Shown: piece by piece, positions 1 to 8,621 of the stretch
Layout of the letters: each line of letters begins with the position of its first letter
Numbering within the stretch: position 1 is the first letter of the stretch
DNA from: Thermomicrobiales bacterium
GTDB taxonomy: Bacteria > Chloroflexota > Chloroflexia > Thermomicrobiales > UBA6265
Assembly (NCBI GenBank): GCA_047605145.1
Contig: JASGGF010000001.1
Location: forward strand, 1-45,425
Length of the DNA: 45,425 nucleotides
Reading direction: 5' to 3'
The notes under the pieces: model-generated
What the model was told of the DNA's origin: nothing
Database searches by the model: none
The model's input: only the letters and a program-made list of their open reading frames with translations
Position numbers and translations under genes: made by a program

Positions 1-82
1 ACGAGCACGAAGAGCCCGCCGCCGACCTCCCGGGCATGGCGGGCGAAGGGCGCGTTTGGGTATCGCTGGAGAGATCAATCAC
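1..82 (-). CDS. partial CDS (5' end only, continues off window); possibly threonine aldolase / beta-eliminating lyase family
   Basis: GTG at 82 with AGGAG 7 nt upstream. The N-terminus VIDLSSDTQTRPSPAM resembles the MIDLRSDTVTRPTxAM start of low-specificity threonine aldolases. Only about 27 codons are visible and the resemblance fades after them. Confidence 0.3.
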   Translation of the reverse strand, partial: MIDLSSDTQTRPSPAMPGRSAAGSSCS

Positions 83-124
83 GCGTGGGCTCCTGTTGCG
101 TCGGATGCTACGGACTTCAGTGTG

Positions 125-1159
125 TCAGGACAGGGTGATGGCGCCACCGGCGGACGCGGCCACGATGGCCTCGCCGAGCTTCAGGCCGGCAATGGCGTCT
201 GCGACGGACGAGGTCGTTTCCGGCAGGTTGCCGCGCACGCGCTCGATAAAGTGCGCGTCTTCGGCCCGCAGCGCGCCGAGCACCGCGCCGCCGAGTTCCG
301 GCCACATGCCCAGTTCGGGCACCGCGTCGTACGAACTGGTCCAGACCGAGTAGGGCCCATCCAGCAGCCGGATGCGGCTGGTCGCCAGCGTGCCGATAAC
401 CTCGATTTCGGCGTCGATAGAGCCGCGCCACGACGGGGTGACGACATTGGCAGGCGCGCCATCCGGCACGAACCAGCTGGTTTCCACAATGCCAACGGCG
501 CCGCTGGCGAACTCAAGCAGCGCCCATGAGCCATCCGGGTAGGTCATGCCGGAGTAGTTCCGCTCGATCGCCTGCACCCGGGTGACCGGACTGGCGGCGA
601 GCCAGAGCATCAGGTCGAGATCGTGGATCGAGGTCTCCTGCACCGGATGGGCTCGGTCGCCGAAAGTCGGAAACCACGCGCGGGTGCAGTTCCGCTTGGT
701 GCGGATGGAGACGATGTCGCCCATGCGGCCGCTGGCGATCTCGTCCTTCAGGACTGCGTGCTGCAAATCGAAACGCAGCACGAACCCGACCTGCAACGGC
801 AGGTTGGCGGCGGCGGCAGCGGCCGCGACGGCCTCGGCCTCCGGGACCGTCGTGGCGAGCGGCTTCTCCACGAACACGGCCAGTCCGCGCTCGATGGCCA
901 GCTGCGCCTGCCCGGCGTGCAGCGGCTCGGGAGAGACGATGAACAACGCGTCCAGTTGCGAAGACGCCAGCATCTCGGCGACGTCCGAATACACCGCGAC
1001 GCCCGGGACGCGCTGCTGGAGCGCCGTCAGCTCGTCAGCCACCGGGTCACAGGCCGCCGCGAGGGTGACCCCCGGCAGGCTGGCGAGCACCGACGCGTGC
1101 AATTTCCCAAACCGGCCAAGCCCGGCCAGTCCTACTCGTACGTTTCCCGACGCGCTCAT
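125..1159 (-). CDS. Gfo/Idh/MocA family NAD(P)-dependent oxidoreductase
   Basis: Track ORF 125..1171. N-terminal Rossmann motif VGLAGLGRFGKLH and the family EKP motif (FVEKPLA). The ATG at 1159 has GGAGG just upstream. Confidence 0.85.
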   Translation of the reverse strand: MSASGNVRVGLAGLGRFGKLHASVLASLPGVTLAAACDPVADELTALQQRVPGVAVYSDVAEMLASSQLDALFIVSPEPLHAGQAQLAIERGLAVFVEKPLATTVPEAEAVAAAAAAANLPLQVGFVLRFDLQHAVLKDEIASGRMGDIVSIRTKRNCTRAWFPTFGDRAHPVQETSIHDLDLMLWLAASPVTRVQAIERNYSGMTYPDGSWALLEFASGAVGIVETSWFVPDGAPANVVTPSWRGSIDAEIEVIGTLATSRIRLLDGPYSVWTSSYDAVPELGMWPELGGAVLGALRAEDAHFIERVRGNLPETTSSVADAIAGLKLGEAIVAASAGGAITLS

Positions 1160-1279
1160 ACGCCTCCACATTCGCTCTGCGTGGTCTCGCTGGGCACGAG
1201 TTTACCGCCGCGCGGTCTGGAGCGCGGGCCTATACTGGCGGCCACGCACCGCAGCGTTCGCCGGGAGGTCACGCCACTC

Positions 1280-2587
1280 GTGAGACCCTTGTTCGCGACG
1301 GCGTCCGCCAATCTCCGGCGGCAGTTCAGCTTCAGTCGCGATGTGCGGCTTTTCCTGCTGTACAACCTGTTTGCCAATGTCGGCTGGGGCGTTTTTGTCC
1401 TGATTTTCAATCTGTACCTGCGTGAACTGGGCCTGCGCGAGAGCGACATGGGCATGTTCAACGCCGCGCAGACACTGGCGATGGCCGCCGGCGCCGCAAC
1501 GATGGGGCCAGTGCTGGATCGGCTGGGGATCTGGAAAGCGACGGTCTCCGGCGTTTCGATTTTCCTCGTGGCGTCGATCATCATGGCGTTTTCGGAGCAG
1601 CCACCGATCCTGCTGGTGCTGTCCGCAGTGACGGGTATTGGCCTGGCCTATCTGTTCACGACGACGATGCCGTTCATCATCGCCTGGACCCGGCGGAGCG
1701 AGCGGCAGTTCGTGTCGGCACTCTCCTTTTCCGTGGTGTCCCTCTCCCTCACGTTGGGTTCGCTGGTCGGCGGCTTCCTGCCTGATCTGTTGCCGGGAAG
1801 CGACCTGCTGAACTACCGCTGGACCCTTGTGGCGGGCACGCTGCTCGCGGCGCTGGGCCTGATCCCGATGTTTCTGATGGGCGAGGCGCGCACTGGCAGG
1901 GAGCTCTTCGACCCCACCGCTGTCCGCGAGGCCAGCGACGCTGGCGAAGCACGGCAAGTGCGCATGGACGTGGCGGTCTTTGTGCTGGTGGGCGGCCTGA
2001 TGGCAGTGGGAGCAGGGATGGTCTTCCCGTTCTTCAATGTCTACCTGACCGATCTGGGGGCCAGTTCCAACGCGGTTGGGTTCATCTTCGCCATCGGCGG
2101 CCTGAGCGCTGCACTCGTCGGGCTCACGGCGCCGCTGATCTCGCGGCATCTCGGGTCGCTGTACGGCGTGGCCTTCGTGCGACTGACCATCATCCCGTTC
2201 TACCTGGCGCTCATCCTGACCCCGAGTCTGCCGCTGGCGGCGGTGACGCACATCGTGCGGCAGACCAGCATCTCGATGGCCTGGCCCATCGACTCGACGT
2301 TCATCGCCGAGGTGCTCCCGCCGCGAGCACGGTCGCGGGTGTACGGCCTGCGGTCGGCGGCCTGGAACCTCGGCTACTCGGCGGCAAGCCTGGTGGCCGG
2401 GTTCCTCATCGTACACGCCGGGTACGCCGCGACGTTTCTCGATCTGGTGGTGTTCACCATCATCGCCATGGCCGTGTTTGTCGGCTACTACGGCCGGCAC
2501 CCGCGCGTTCGCTCGGGCGAACTGAGCGGCGCCTTGCCCCGCTGGATGCGTAAACCGCCGCCAGTCGAAGCAGGAGAGATGCCGTGA
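1280..2587 (+). CDS. MFS transporter
   Basis: C-terminal 435 codons of track ORF 623..2587. The hydrophobic multi-TM sequence starts at the in-frame GTG 1280 (VRPLFATAS...). The upstream part of that ORF is an antisense shadow of the oxidoreductase gene. Confidence 0.8.
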   Translation: MRPLFATASANLRRQFSFSRDVRLFLLYNLFANVGWGVFVLIFNLYLRELGLRESDMGMFNAAQTLAMAAGAATMGPVLDRLGIWKATVSGVSIFLVASIIMAFSEQPPILLVLSAVTGIGLAYLFTTTMPFIIAWTRRSERQFVSALSFSVVSLSLTLGSLVGGFLPDLLPGSDLLNYRWTLVAGTLLAALGLIPMFLMGEARTGRELFDPTAVREASDAGEARQVRMDVAVFVLVGGLMAVGAGMVFPFFNVYLTDLGASSNAVGFIFAIGGLSAALVGLTAPLISRHLGSLYGVAFVRLTIIPFYLALILTPSLPLAAVTHIVRQTSISMAWPIDSTFIAEVLPPRARSRVYGLRSAAWNLGYSAASLVAGFLIVHAGYAATFLDLVVFTIIAMAVFVGYYGRHPRVRSGELSGALPRWMRKPPPVEAGEMP

Positions 2588-3657
2588 CGCCAGTGACGCG
2601 CCGGGCCGTGCTGGGTTCGCTGGCGCTGGCGGTGACGATGCCTGGCGCCCCGCGAGGCGCGAGCGCGCAGGTAGCGGCGGAGGCCGTGGTCGCCGGTATG
2701 AGCTTGCGCCAGCAGGTTGCACGGATGTTCATGTTCCCCATCAGCGGGCCGGTGTTGCTGCCGGAAGAGGCTAGGTGGCTGGAAACGCTGCAGCCGGGCG
2801 GCGTGATTCTGGTGCAGCAGAACTTCGGGACCGCCGCCGAGGTGCAAGCCCTGACAGCGGCGTTGCACGCGACGAACCCCGTTCTCCCGCCGCTGGTGGC
2901 GCTGGACCAGGAGGGCGGCATCGTTTCGCGGCTGGCGGACGACCCGGCGCCAGACGCCACCGTGCTGGGGACGCTGCCGCTGGCGCAGATCAGCGAACTC
3001 GCGGGCCAGCGCGCCGCCCTGCTGGCTGCGTACGGCTTCGACGTGAACTTCGCGCCGGTGGCGGATGTCGCGTTCTCCCCGGATAGCTTCATGGCCGGGC
3101 GCACGTTTGGCGCAGATCCGCAGCAGGTGGCGGATTGCGTGGTGGCCTACCTGGAAGGTGTAGCCGCCAGCGGCGTGCTGCACTGCGTCAAGCATTTTCC
3201 CGGGCACGGCCGGGTGACAGTGGATTCGCACAGCGCGCTGCCGGTGCTGGAGGTGGACGCCGAGACCTGGCTGGCGCAGGAGGCCGTGCCCTTCGCCGCC
3301 GCCGTTGCTGCCGGTGTGCCGATGGTGATGCTGGGTCACCTGGCCGTGCCGATGTGGGATGACTTGCCCGCCTCACTTTCGCCCCTTGCCGTGCAGGCGC
3401 TGCGCGAGGACCTGGGATTCGCTGGCGTCATCGTGACGGATGACTTGTTCATGGGCGCCCTCGATGCGTGGGCTCCGCTTGAGATCGTCGATCTGGCGCT
3501 TGAGGCGGGAGTCGACCTGTTGCTCTACGTCGGCGTGCCCGACACGCCATTGGCGCTGGTCAACCATGTCGTGAACCGCGTGCTGCAGGGCGAGGTGCCC
3601 GAGGACCGCATCACGGCCAGCGCCCAGCGCATCGTGACGGCGCAACTCGCGCGCTAA
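2584..3657 (+). CDS. glycoside hydrolase family 3 N-terminal-domain protein (beta-N-acetylhexosaminidase/NagZ-like), Tat-exported
   Basis: KHFPGHG motif and overall GH3 N-domain pattern. N-terminal TRRAVLGSLALAV...ASAQ is a twin-arginine signal. The GTG start overlaps the MFS stop (GTGA). Confidence 0.85.
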   Translation: MTPVTRRAVLGSLALAVTMPGAPRGASAQVAAEAVVAGMSLRQQVARMFMFPISGPVLLPEEARWLETLQPGGVILVQQNFGTAAEVQALTAALHATNPVLPPLVALDQEGGIVSRLADDPAPDATVLGTLPLAQISELAGQRAALLAAYGFDVNFAPVADVAFSPDSFMAGRTFGADPQQVADCVVAYLEGVAASGVLHCVKHFPGHGRVTVDSHSALPVLEVDAETWLAQEAVPFAAAVAAGVPMVMLGHLAVPMWDDLPASLSPLAVQALREDLGFAGVIVTDDLFMGALDAWAPLEIVDLALEAGVDLLLYVGVPDTPLALVNHVVNRVLQGEVPEDRITASAQRIVTAQLAR

Positions 3658-3675
3658 GCGTGCGCGCCGCCGCTG

Positions 3676-4320
3676 TCACTTGCTCGGGTTGCCGGTCAAG
3701 GCGGTGGTGAGGCCCAGGGCTACGAAGACCGACCCGGCAAGATAGCGCTGCGTCGCCGCGAAGGCTCGCGTCTGCCGGAGCCAGCCGCCCAGCGTCCCGG
3801 CGACCAGCGCGTACGTTGAGTCCGTGCAGAGCTCCACCAGCGTGAACATCAGCCCCAGAATCAGCGACTGGGCCACCACGCTGCCGCGGTGAGGATCGAT
3901 GAACTGCGGCAAGAAGGCCAGGAAGAAGAGGGCTACCTTCGGGTTGAACGCCTGCACGACGGCGCCTTGCGTGTAGAGCCGCCGCAGGGTGTGCCGGGGC
4001 GCGGCATCGGCGGTCACGGCCGGTGGCGAAGTCAACAGCGTGCGGAGGCCGAGGAAGATGAGGTACGCCGCACCGATATACTTCACCGCCGAGAACGCCA
4101 GCGCGGACGACGCCAGCAGCATCGACAGCCCCATCGCGGCGCCGGCAACGTGGACGAGGCCGCCGGTGGCGATGCCCCCGGCGGAGGTCAGACCAGCCCG
4201 CCGGCCTTGATCCACGCTGCGGGTGACGATGTACAGCACGGCGGGCCCGGGCACGAGCGCCAACGCCAGTGACGCCAGAAACGGCGCGAGGAGCAATGAG
4301 GGGTCGAGCAAGTTCTGCAC
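3676..4320 (-). CDS. LysE/RhtB family amino-acid efflux translocator
   Basis: 214 aa, about 6 TM segments. N-terminal FLASLALALVPGPAVLYIV is typical of the LysE family. Confidence 0.85.
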   Translation of the reverse strand: MQNLLDPSLLLAPFLASLALALVPGPAVLYIVTRSVDQGRRAGLTSAGGIATGGLVHVAGAAMGLSMLLASSALAFSAVKYIGAAYLIFLGLRTLLTSPPAVTADAAPRHTLRRLYTQGAVVQAFNPKVALFFLAFLPQFIDPHRGSVVAQSLILGLMFTLVELCTDSTYALVAGTLGGWLRQTRAFAATQRYLAGSVFVALGLTTALTGNPSK

Positions 4321-4365
4321 GATCAGTACCTCTGGCGTGACGCTCGTTGGAGCCTGTTGGCGACG

Positions 4366-5019
4366 TTAGACTGCGGGTGTGCCAGCGACGCCGAGGCGGT
4401 CTGCTTCTGACTGCAGCGCCGCGATGACCTCAGCGATCAGATCCTCTATGGGCATGTCCAGCCGTTCGGCGCCCAGCACGATGTCGGCGCGGTTCACCTT
4501 CGCGGCGAACGCCTTGTCCTTCATCTTCTTGCGCACGGAGGACATCGCTACCTGGTGCACGCTCTTGTCCGGGCGCACCAATGCCACCGCGACCACGAAG
4601 CCGCTCAACTCATCGACAGCGCAGAGCGTCTTCTCCATAGCGGTCTCGGGCTCGACGCCGCTGTAATCGGCGTGGCTGAGGATGGCCCGCGCCACCTCGC
4701 TGCCCCAGCCGGTGTCGCGCAGCGCCGCTACGCCCACGAAGGGGTGACCATCGACCGACAACTCGAGATTGGGGTGCTTTTCGAAGTCCATATCGTGCAG
4801 CAGCCCGACGGCGCCCCACAGATCCTCGTCTTCGCCCTGATTGCGCGCAAAGTGGCGCATGCATGCGGACACCGCCTCGCAGTGCTTGCGCAGGCTCTCG
4901 CTCTCCACCCACGTGTAGAGCGTCTCGCGGGCTTGCGGCAGATACGGCGGCGAAACCTCGCGCGAGGCGGGCGCCAGAAGATGCTGAATGGTGGGATCGA
5001 TTTCGGTTGACGCGGACAT
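4366..5019 (-). CDS. HD-domain metal-dependent phosphohydrolase
   Basis: The GLLHDMD motif supplies the HD pair, and SHADYSG a downstream His. The ATG at 5019 has GGAGAG 5 nt upstream. The track ORF extends to 5148. Confidence 0.75.
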   Translation of the reverse strand: MSASTEIDPTIQHLLAPASREVSPPYLPQARETLYTWVESESLRKHCEAVSACMRHFARNQGEDEDLWGAVGLLHDMDFEKHPNLELSVDGHPFVGVAALRDTGWGSEVARAILSHADYSGVEPETAMEKTLCAVDELSGFVVAVALVRPDKSVHQVAMSSVRKKMKDKAFAAKVNRADIVLGAERLDMPIEDLIAEVIAALQSEADRLGVAGTPAV

Positions 5020-5208
5020 GTGCTCTCCGGAGTGTTTTCGACGGTCGCTGATGGCGCTCACGATACCCCAACCGGCGGTGGGAAACCGACGCCGCACGTC
5101 GCGAACAAATGGCCCAGCCAGTCGAGAAATGCTACCCTGAACCGACAAATGCTCAATGAATGACTATGCCAGCGTTGAGCATTGACCACACGAGATGGGA
5201 GCTTCTTC

Positions 5209-6264
5209 ATGGTGGCAACGAGCGCCACGATCAGTCCTATTCGCCTCTTTCCTCTGGGCACGGCAGCGGCGCCGCAGTCCGGCACAGCCATCGACGCGTA
5301 TGGCCGGGCCATGACCTACCTGCGTATTTCGCTGACGGACCGCTGCAATTTCCGGTGCCTCTACTGCATGCCCGCGTTGGGCATGAAGTTCCAACCAAAG
5401 TCCGAGCACCTCGATGACGAGGAGTTGCTGCGTTTGGTTGGGCTCTTCGCGAAGACCGGGGTGACCAAGATCCGGCTGACCGGCGGTGAACCGACGATCA
5501 GGCCCGGACTGGTGGATCTGGTGCGCGGGATCAAGGCCTTCCCCGGCATCGAAGAGGTGTCGATGACCACCAACGCCTTGTTGCTGGGGCGGCTGGCGGA
5601 GGGGCTGGCGGACGCCGGTCTCGACCGGGTCAACGTTTCCATTGACACCCTGGACCCGGACCGCTTCAAGGAGATGACCCGGGGCGGCCGGTTCGATCTG
5701 GTTTGGAAGGGCATCGAGGCGGCGGATGCCGCCGGGATGCGGCCGATCAAACTGAACACCGTCGTGGTGAAGGACCAGAACGATCACGAGGTGGTCGATA
5801 TGGCCGCCCTGACGTTGGACCGCGCGTGGCAGGTGCGGTTCCTTGAGATCATGCCGATGGAGGGCGTGGGCGATGTCCACGATTCCAGCATGGTCACCTC
5901 TGAGGAGACGCAGGCGCGGCTGGAGGCGCACTTCGGGCCGCTGGAGCCGCTGGAGGTCAACCCGTCCGACCCGGCGCGCGGTTGGCGCATTCCAGGTGCT
6001 GCCGGAACCATCGGGTTTATCTCTCCAGTGACGGAGCCGTTCTGCTCAACCTGCAACCGCGTGCGCCTGACGGCTGACGGGAAGCTGCGGCTCTGCCTGT
6101 TGCGCCCGGATGAGGGCGATTTGCGGGACCTGATGCGCGCCGGGGCCAGCGACGACGAGCTAGAGCAGGCGATTCGCAGCGCGATCTGGCGCAAGCCGTG
6201 GGGCCACGGGCTGGCCGAGGGCGAGCGGGAGACCGTGCGTGGGATGTCGCAGATCGGCGGCTGA
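5209..6264 (+). CDS. moaA: GTP 3',8-cyclase MoaA (radical SAM, molybdenum cofactor biosynthesis)
   Basis: YLRISLTDRCNFRCLYCMP contains the CxxxCxxC radical-SAM cluster motif. The C-terminal CSTCNRVRLTADGKLRLCL is the second-cluster motif. ATG 5209 has GGGAG 7 nt upstream. The track ORF starts at TTG 5182. Confidence 0.92.
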   Translation: MVATSATISPIRLFPLGTAAAPQSGTAIDAYGRAMTYLRISLTDRCNFRCLYCMPALGMKFQPKSEHLDDEELLRLVGLFAKTGVTKIRLTGGEPTIRPGLVDLVRGIKAFPGIEEVSMTTNALLLGRLAEGLADAGLDRVNVSIDTLDPDRFKEMTRGGRFDLVWKGIEAADAAGMRPIKLNTVVVKDQNDHEVVDMAALTLDRAWQVRFLEIMPMEGVGDVHDSSMVTSEETQARLEAHFGPLEPLEVNPSDPARGWRIPGAAGTIGFISPVTEPFCSTCNRVRLTADGKLRLCLLRPDEGDLRDLMRAGASDDELEQAIRSAIWRKPWGHGLAEGERETVRGMSQIGG

Positions 6265-6274
6265 TCGTCAACGA

Positions 6275-6313
6275 GAAAGGCCCCCTCGTCGATCGGACGA
6301 GGGGGCCTTTTTT
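6275..6313. terminator. bidirectional Rho-independent terminator between convergent moaA and the secreted-protein gene
   Basis: Perfect 12-bp stem GGCCCCCTCGTC (6279..6290) / GACGAGGGGGCC (6296..6307), 5-nt loop, T6 run at 6308..6313 and an A-run on the other side. Confidence 0.85.
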
Positions 6314-6319
6314 ACGCTG

Positions 6320-7249
6320 CTAACCGGGAAGTTCGCCGGTGATCTCGATGTCAGTCGTGCCGACGGTCGCGGCGGCGTCTGGCGTATCATCCAGCACGAG
6401 AAAGACATCGACAGCCACGATTTCGGTGGGCCGCAGCGCCAGCGTCTCGGATGGACTGACGAGGCCGAGGCTGCCATCGATGCTCGATTCGGCGAAGAGC
6501 GCCGGACTGGCGCCAACGTTGGATGGCAGATCGCCGCCGATCTCGTAGGCGCCGGCCGGCAGATTCGTGAACTCGACCCGGCCCGATGTATCGCCGGAGA
6601 CGCCGGTGACCTTGCGGAAGGCGGCATCGTTGATGCTGCCGACACCGGTCAGGGTCATGGGCACGCCGCCCGCGAGCGCCTTGCACTCGTTGACCCAGCT
6701 GTCCTTGTCGGCGCCGGCGTCTGTGCCGGCCGGGCAGCCGAAGACGCTGACCTGCACGCGGCCAGCCACGCCCGAGTATTCCGGCGTCAAGGCTACATCG
6801 ACATCGATGCCGAAGGCGTCGAGTTGCTCGTTGTCCGGGATGTTGGTTGTGACCAGTTGACCCTCGTACCGCTCGTCCTCGACCTCCGAGCCGGGGCCGG
6901 GCAGCATCACGCTGAAGTCACCGGGGCGCAGGCCCTCGAAGGTGACCGCGTCCTCACCGGGATCGATGCAGCGAGACAGGAGTGGTGGCTTTTGCAGGTC
7001 TGGCGAGGTGCCGCTGAACAGCGCCACGCAGAGTTGCTCGTCGTCCACCAGACCATCGTCCGGAAAACCAAGCGTCACGCCGAGCGAGTGGGTCCTGGAC
7101 GGTGCGCTGCTATCCTGAGCCAGTGCTCCGGAGTGCAAGCCAACGGAGGCTGCGGTGGCGAAAGCGAGCGCGGCAAGCGCCACCCGCCGTCCCATGCGGC
7201 CAAAATCGCGGGGTTGGTTTGGAACGCGGGCGCTATCGGGAACGCGCAT
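6320..7249 (-). CDS. secreted hypothetical protein with Cna-B/carboxypeptidase-regulatory-like beta-sandwich segment
   Basis: Signal peptide GRMGRRVALAALAFATAASVGLHSGALAQ. The C-terminal part (GVPMTLTG...SGDTSGRVEFTNLPAGAYEI) looks like a prealbumin-like fold. ATG 7249 has GGAG 5 nt upstream; an alternative start is 7195. Confidence 0.6.
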   Translation of the reverse strand: MRVPDSARVPNQPRDFGRMGRRVALAALAFATAASVGLHSGALAQDSSAPSRTHSLGVTLGFPDDGLVDDEQLCVALFSGTSPDLQKPPLLSRCIDPGEDAVTFEGLRPGDFSVMLPGPGSEVEDERYEGQLVTTNIPDNEQLDAFGIDVDVALTPEYSGVAGRVQVSVFGCPAGTDAGADKDSWVNECKALAGGVPMTLTGVGSINDAAFRKVTGVSGDTSGRVEFTNLPAGAYEIGGDLPSNVGASPALFAESSIDGSLGLVSPSETLALRPTEIVAVDVFLVLDDTPDAAATVGTTDIEITGELPG

Positions 7250-7412
7250 TCCGACTCCGTGAACCGCTAACGTCCTGCCATTTAGTATAGGGGCAGACAC
7301 CCGGGGGCGCCCTAGCCCATGGCTTGCGCCTTGGGTCCCAATAGTGCAAACGCGCCAGCCCCGGCAGGCGTTTCGCGGCCGGTCAACACGGCGTCAACAA
7401 GAGAGCGCAGTC

Positions 7413-8426
7413 ATGACGGAATCCTCAACCCCGGCGAACGTCCTGATCATCATGGGCATTGCCATCGAGGCGCTGGAGGCGTTGCGCGCGACGTTCCCGG
7501 CGGTCACCTTCGTCGTGCCGGGCGAGGAGACGGACGCTGACGGCCGGTATCGCATTGCCGAGGTTGCCCCGTCCGATGCGGAGCTGGCCGCCGCCGACGT
7601 AATTATCGGCTGGCAGATTTCGCCGGAGCAACTGGCCGTCGCGCCGAACGTGCGCTGGTTTCACGCCGCCAGCGCCGGGGTGGAGCATCTGGATCTCGCT
7701 GCGCTGGCGGCGCGCGGGCTGCCACTGACCAACTCGCGCGGGGTGTCAGCGCCGAACATGGCCGAGCATTTGCTGGGCATGATGGTGGCCTTGAGCCGGC
7801 GCTTTCCAGCGCTGGCTGCGGCGCAGGCGAAGCACGAGTGGCACGATGAGGACACGCACCGGGTCGTCGGTGAGCTGGGTGGGCAGACGCTGCTGATCCT
7901 GGGGACTGGCGAGATCGGCAGCCAGCTTGCCCGGCGGGCGGCCGCGTTCGACATGCCGGTGCACGGGGTGCGCCGGCGCCCGGACGCCGCCTTGCCAGAC
8001 GGCTTCGACAGGATGTGGGCGGTGCACGAGTTGCACGAGGCGCTAGCCGGCGCTGACCACGTCGCGGTGACGCTGCCGGATACCCCGCAAACCCGCAACA
8101 TGCTCGATGCAGAGGCGTTCGCGGCGTGCAAGCCGGGGGCCATGATCTACAACGTGGGGCGCGGCCCGGTCATCGACACGGCGGCGCTGGTGGCGGCGCT
8201 GCAATCGGGGCATCTGGGCGGCGCGGGCCTCGATGTCACCGAGCCAGAGCCGCTGCCGGCCGATTCGCCGCTCTGGGACATGGACAACGTGCTGATCACT
8301 GCGCACACGGCGGGGGCTTCGCCGCGCTACTGGGAACGGCAAGGCGCGTTGATCGCGGAGAACCTGCGCCGCTTTCTGGCCGGAGAGGATCTCAAGAACC
8401 GCGTGGACTACGACGCGGCGTATTGA
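7413..8426 (+). CDS. D-isomer-specific 2-hydroxyacid dehydrogenase family, NAD-binding
   Basis: GxGxxG motif (LGTGEIGSQLA), a conserved Arg/Glu/His-type C-terminal region (ITAHTAG), and family-typical length. The track ORF 7344..8426 was trimmed to ATG 7413. Confidence 0.85.
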   Translation: MTESSTPANVLIIMGIAIEALEALRATFPAVTFVVPGEETDADGRYRIAEVAPSDAELAAADVIIGWQISPEQLAVAPNVRWFHAASAGVEHLDLAALAARGLPLTNSRGVSAPNMAEHLLGMMVALSRRFPALAAAQAKHEWHDEDTHRVVGELGGQTLLILGTGEIGSQLARRAAAFDMPVHGVRRRPDAALPDGFDRMWAVHELHEALAGADHVAVTLPDTPQTRNMLDAEAFAACKPGAMIYNVGRGPVIDTAALVAALQSGHLGGAGLDVTEPEPLPADSPLWDMDNVLITAHTAGASPRYWERQGALIAENLRRFLAGEDLKNRVDYDAAY

Positions 8427-8621
8427 GTCGGGGTCGCGCGGGCGCGTGATTGCTGGCGCTGAAGCGGTATGCCCGAGCCAAGTCGAGGAATTTCGTCGTT
8501 GGCGTTAACGAGACGGCGGACGAGGTCTCTCTGCTTCGGTCGAGACGACACGAGTTTTGCACGCCGCTTCAACGACGAGATCGTTCGACTTCGCTCAGGA
8601 TGACGATGATGCGGCGCGCTT

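Noticed and set aside
1231-1236. TATACT hexamer in the divergent spacer between the oxidoreductase and MFS genes, as a possible -10 element
   Set aside because: There is no acceptable -35 element at 16-18 nt spacing, so support is too weak to list it as a feature.
5020-5208. Possible Moco riboswitch upstream of moaA
   Set aside because: I could not find the conserved core elements I remember for the Moco RNA motif. Only a simple hairpin and a short direct repeat are visible. This needs a covariance-model search to settle.
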